NCBI RefSeq assembly: GCF_013177435.1
Contig: NZ_CP053627.1
Span: 150,001-182,000, forward strand
DNA from: Xylella taiwanensis
GTDB taxonomy: Bacteria > Pseudomonadota > Gammaproteobacteria > Xanthomonadales > Xanthomonadaceae
Reading direction: 5' to 3'
DNA: 32,000 nucleotides
Below the pieces are notes generated by a model. It was not told the origin of the DNA, did not search any database, and saw only the letters and a list, made by a program, of their open reading frames with translations. The position numbers and the translations under genes were made by a program. Shown here one piece after another: positions 28,716 through 32,000 of the stretch. The stretch's first letter is position 1; each line of letters starts with the position of its first letter.

Positions 28716-29402
28716 TTAAGGGTCGGGCTCTGCTAGTAGAGAGGCATTTATATCACCACTTTTTAGTGCCCGGTAACGTTGCAGGGTTTCTTCGATTTCC
28801 CCGTTCAGTGCTGCACGTTCCTGCTCGAAGTTGGTTTGCAGCCGCTTCTGCGACAGAAGATCTTGGCGGCGTTGCTGGATATTAGCGGCGAGTGTGTCTG
28901 GTACTTTCTGTCCAGCGAGTTCCCTTTCATTGGCACTGCGTAACAAGTTGACCAAGCCTTGGCGCAGGTTAGTTGCGTTGTAGCGGGCGGTCGTCACATT
29001 GTTGTCGATGGTTGCGATGCGTTTTAAGAATACTTGTCGCAGATCGTCTTCGGTCTGAAACGCAGTCAACATGATTTGGTCAGCGCGTTTGCGGGTTTCT
29101 TGGGCCGTCTGGTCTGCAAGCCGTTGTGCTTCTTCTGACGCAATGGCAGCACGCTCGTTGGCATTGGGCGCGCGTTGCACCTCGTTCTTGCGTATGCCGT
29201 TATTGGCACTGAATTCTTCATGTGCGGCATTCACTGCTTCGGCAGGTAGCGTGTCGCTGCAAATACGTTGTCCGTTCTGATGCCAGCAGTAAAGCTTTTT
29301 TGCGTTAGATTTCGATGTTTGCGTGTTGCCAAGTTGCGGCCATCCGGTAACGGCAACACATAAAACTGTACTCCAGTAGATGTGGTGTTTGTTTGTGTAC
29401 AT
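28716..29402 (-). CDS. Secreted coiled-coil protein, DUF4124-like N-terminus
   Basis: 228 aa. A signal-peptide-like N-terminus (WSTVLCVAVTGWPQL) is followed by LYCWHQNGQRICSDTLP, which resembles the DUF4124 motif (YkW.D..G...ysD..P) as I recall it. The remainder is Q/R/A/E-rich and predicted coiled-coil. It is convergent with the algC-like gene, with only 6 bp between the two stop codons. Confidence 0.55.
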   Translation of the reverse strand: MYTNKHHIYWSTVLCVAVTGWPQLGNTQTSKSNAKKLYCWHQNGQRICSDTLPAEAVNAAHEEFSANNGIRKNEVQRAPNANERAAIASEEAQRLADQTAQETRKRADQIMLTAFQTEDDLRQVFLKRIATIDNNVTTARYNATNLRQGLVNLLRSANERELAGQKVPDTLAANIQQRRQDLLSQKRLQTNFEQERAALNGEIEETLQRYRALKSGDINASLLAEPDP

Positions 29403-29425
29403 CGCATGTTACTCTCTTTGCTTAC

Positions 29426-30085
29426 TCAGCCAGATACTTCGGCCCCATAGCGTGCTTGGTAGGCCAGCAGAGGCGTGCAGAATTTAGTGAGGTTGGCGTT
29501 CCCCTCGACAAATGCTAACAGGTCGCCAAGGGTTGCGATGGCTATCACAGGGATCCCGGTTTCGGCCATCAACGTTTGAACGGACGATTGGCGGTTGGTT
29601 TCTGAAGCGATTTCCTGGCGGTTCAGGGCTACTGCGATTCCGGTTGGGGTGCCCCCAGCGTTGTGGATGATGCCCAATGCCTCGCGGATTGCTGTGCCTG
29701 CCGTGATGACATCGTCGATAATCAATATCTTGCGTCCGGCCAGTGGCGCGCCGATCAGAGTGCCACCCTCGCCGTGGTTTTTGACTTCTTTGCGGTTGAA
29801 TGCGAGCAGCAGGTCGCGCTTACGCCGCGCGTACTCGCAGACCAGTGCTGTAGCGAGCGGAATTCCTTTGTAGGCTGGGCCAAACACCAGGTCGAAGTTC
29901 ACATTGGCTGCGTCGATCGCGTCGGCATAGCAGTGTGCTAGTGCAGCGATTTTTGCACCTGAATGAAAGTGCCCAGCGTTAAAGAAATAGGGGCTGATGC
30001 GACCGGACTTGAGCGTGAATTCTCCAAAGCACAGTGCGTTTGAGTCTAAGGCCAGCTGTAGGAAACGTTGGTGGTGGTTGGACAT
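29426..30085 (-). CDS. pyrE: Orotate phosphoribosyltransferase
   Basis: 219 aa from ATG 30085. The ORF-track GTG 30100 adds 5 aa. Motifs present are the PRPP-binding motif KILIIDDVITAGTAIRE, FGPAYKGIPLA, and the N-terminal FGEFTLKSGRISPYFFN. Confidence 0.93.
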   Translation of the reverse strand: MSNHHQRFLQLALDSNALCFGEFTLKSGRISPYFFNAGHFHSGAKIAALAHCYADAIDAANVNFDLVFGPAYKGIPLATALVCEYARRKRDLLLAFNRKEVKNHGEGGTLIGAPLAGRKILIIDDVITAGTAIREALGIIHNAGGTPTGIAVALNRQEIASETNRQSSVQTLMAETGIPVIAIATLGDLLAFVEGNANLTKFCTPLLAYQARYGAEVSG

Positions 30086-30658
30086 GAGTGGATGAATCAC
30101 TGAGAACGTGGAGAAGGTAAGGTCCTAAGCATAGCGACTGGCGTGATGTTCCCTATCTTGCCAAGGGCCATTTTATTGATGGTGTTCTCATTTCAATTTC
30201 TGCACGTGCATGACAAGTTTTAATACGAGAGAGATTTTCTGATCGCACGAACGCCATTTTCTTCTCTGTTAGGTCTTCTGTGCTGGCAGCTCGGTTGATC
30301 GGACACGATCTGCGTGTCCATCGTGCTAGTGGTGCTGATGGGGACGTACACTAGCCGTGGTACTGATCACCTTATCCAAATAGGGTAACGACCCTGCTTC
30401 CTGTGAAAGACAGGCATCCTCCCCGGAATGGTTGCAGCCCGTGGATGCCTGATGAAACATTGGAGATGTCCCTGGTAAGCAGGAGTCGGAATATACGCGT
30501 GTGATGCGTTGCCTACGTGTATGGTGACAGATGCGATCTTGTGTGGATTTTAGAGAGAATTTGTTTTGCTGATTTTCGAAGTTTCGATTAATACTCGAAA
30601 TTACAGACTGTCTTTATGGTAGAAGATAGCAATATTAGGCTTCTCTTAGGGTATTTAT

Positions 30659-31468
30659 ATGGCCACCGTTCCCCTGGATTTTCCTTTTACTGCTTTTCGT
30701 AGTGAACTGCCAATGGATGATTATTTGGCTCCAGATATGAAATGCGGTGATCTCACCGAGAAACAATTAATAGATGACTTTGGACTCTCATTTGTTTCAT
30801 TTCATGTGGATCCTTTCAATAATGAGGAAAAATTTATAATAAGAAAAAATAAAAGAATTTCTGATAACCAAGCAAGCATTATGTTATTTAATGAATTTCG
30901 TGTCTGGACCAGAAGATTATCATTTGGTTGTTACGCGGGGGCGATGCAAAGTCTTATATCGAATTTTCAAGATAATAAAGGAATGCCTTTTAGTGATCCT
31001 TTACTTGATAAGGCATTCAAAGAGCTAATACTGAATGAAAAATCAGAGAATGGTTCTATATCAAGAATTAAATCAGCCCTTGATGATTATATTGATTGGG
31101 ACATAGGCTTTTTACCATCGGAAAGCAAGAAACATATCATTGAACTTCTCAGAAGCACGGTATTTCCAGAGTTTACTCGGATTCAAGATACGTTTAATGG
31201 GCTTGGACTCGCTGTCCACAATATTAATTCAATGGATATTACAATTAATTCTTTGCATATCCATGATAATCGTTACTGCGCTAGTATTCATTATCAAGGG
31301 CAAGATCATTTTGGATTGGATGATGGTGATATTCTTGATTTTAGGTTTCACTATTTTAATATATTCAGAATTTGGTTTGTTCTGCAACGTTGGAGCAGAT
31401 ATGCTTTTAAGCCTTTTATGACTAATATGCAGGCGACGATCGAAATTTCGGGGATAAGACCCATTTAA
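30659..31468 (+). CDS. Hypothetical protein encoded in a strongly AT-rich patch (possibly DUF3289 family; unverified recollection)
   Basis: This 269-codon ORF is the only long ORF in the patch. By eye its G+C is roughly one third over sampled lines, against about one half in the flanks. It has no TM helix or signal peptide. Segments such as MDDYLAPDMKCGDLTEKQL, GLGLAVHN, DHFGLDDGD and FRIWFVLQRWSRYAFKPFMTNMQATIEISG remind me of DUF3289 (PF11692) proteins. I cannot confirm this without an HMM search. Confidence 0.6.
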   Translation: MATVPLDFPFTAFRSELPMDDYLAPDMKCGDLTEKQLIDDFGLSFVSFHVDPFNNEEKFIIRKNKRISDNQASIMLFNEFRVWTRRLSFGCYAGAMQSLISNFQDNKGMPFSDPLLDKAFKELILNEKSENGSISRIKSALDDYIDWDIGFLPSESKKHIIELLRSTVFPEFTRIQDTFNGLGLAVHNINSMDITINSLHIHDNRYCASIHYQGQDHFGLDDGDILDFRFHYFNIFRIWFVLQRWSRYAFKPFMTNMQATIEISGIRPI

Positions 31469-31626
31469 TGAATAGAAGTTTTTATCACAAGCTAAATCAT
31501 GAAGCCGATGTAGCAGACGCGCTTGCGTCTGTGAAGAGTGATCGGAACTCTGGTTGTCGAGTTGGAATCATGAGGTTAAACGATGACTACCGATGTGTGA
31601 TCTCTTGCGTATGTATTCATGACTGA
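31468..31626 (+). CDS. Candidate small ORF (52 aa), stop/start-coupled to the 269-aa ORF
   Basis: I translated this by hand because it is below the ORF-track length cut-off. ATG 31468-31470 overlaps the TAA 31466-31468 of the upstream ORF (TAATG). The product is MNRSFYHKLNHEADVADALASVKSDRNSGCRVGIMRLNDDYRCVISCVCIHD*. I recognise no family, and the coding status is uncertain. Confidence 0.25.
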   Translation: MNRSFYHKLNHEADVADALASVKSDRNSGCRVGIMRLNDDYRCVISCVCIHD

Positions 31627-31770
31627 AGCGTGGTGATCAGGGCTCGAAGGATCTACCGTATTTTACTGTTGTTTCTGGAATGAGCATGCTGAGGCAAAGT
31701 AAAGCGGTGCCAGCTCACTGGAAGCGGCTGGCAAGCCGCCAATTCCCCATTCGATTGTGACCCGAATTTC

Positions 31771-32000
31771 TTATGCTTTCACGGTCTTAATCACCCAAAA
31801 GTCAGACGCCAATTGCTTATTGCACATGTATTCATAAGGCATCCAGAAATATCCGTTTTCGCCCACTTCGCTTCCCCATGAGTTACGGATACGAAACTGT
31901 TTTCTTTCATCATCATAACCGACACACAAGACAGCATGGCCCCCTTCAAGTTCATCCTTATCGATTGGCAAAGGGATTTCAACTGGCAACGGTTTATTGC
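31771..32000 (-). CDS. Papain-family (C1A) cysteine peptidase, 3' portion; the gene continues beyond the window end
   Basis: The C-terminal 70+ aa contain the catalytic-His context [12 protein letters not shown] and the catalytic-Asn context [23 protein letters not shown]. The frame stays open to nt 32000 (the codons upstream of the track's TTG read ..NKP), so the Cys-containing N-terminal half lies outside the window. It resembles the bacterial papain-like protease known from Xylella (xylellain) in type and context. Confidence 0.85.
   Translation of the reverse strand, partial: NKPLPVEIPLPIDKDELEGGHAVLCVGYDDERKQFRIRNSWGSEVGENGYFWMPYEYMCNKQLASDFWVIKTVKA

Noticed and set aside
28707-28723. 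Palindrome accctta-t-taagggt spanning the two convergent stop codons of the algC-like gene and the DUF4124-like gene.
   Set aside because: It is too short and has too small a loop to be a credible bidirectional terminator. It is probably incidental to the two facing TAA codons.
31140-31421. 93-aa plus-strand ORF nested in another frame of the 269-aa AT-rich ORF.
   Set aside because: It is fully contained within the longer ORF. Its Ile/Leu/Phe-rich translation is what an AT-rich off-frame gives, and it has no independent start context.

Overview
This looks like a chromosomal, mostly housekeeping segment with roughly 50% G+C. Gene content and order point to a Xanthomonadaceae/Lysobacteraceae genome, most likely Xylella-like. 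That assignment is an inference from synteny and a xylellain-like papain protease, and I cannot verify it here.

Gene order:
- copA-copB (+)
- valS, a small membrane ORF, holC, a membrane ORF, pepA (-)
- lptF-lptG (+)
- a 1.3 kb gap with no convincing gene
- glmS (+)
- a PaiB-like gene (-)
- a 1.2 kb gap with only weak ORFs
- speE (-) divergent from speA (+)
- ydfG-like SDR, a SPOR/FtsN-like protein, argS, radC (-)
- coaBC-dut-algC-like (+)
- a DUF4124-like secreted protein and pyrE (-)
- an AT-rich patch with a 269-aa orphan ORF (+)
- the 3' part of a papain-family (C1) peptidase gene (-), cut by the window end

I saw no rRNA, tRNA, CRISPR array, IS element, integrase or recognisable multi-gene defence system.

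Most noteworthy observations:
1. The AlgC-type phosphohexomutase after dut is fused to a two-TM sensor-like N-terminal module. It carries substitutions in all four canonical catalytic motifs, including the phosphoserine, while the reading frame is intact. It is a candidate pseudoenzyme.
2. A strongly AT-rich insertion between pyrE and the protease gene encodes an orphan 269-aa protein with a stop/start-coupled 52-codon ORF.
3. The CopB N-terminus contains a 31-copy in-frame 15-bp tandem repeat (MDHxQ pentapeptides).
4. AT-rich, apparently decayed DNA lies downstream of glmS, the classical attTn7 position.

Several ORF-track starts are over-extended (glmS, lptF, lptG, speE, radC, pyrE) and have been corrected.
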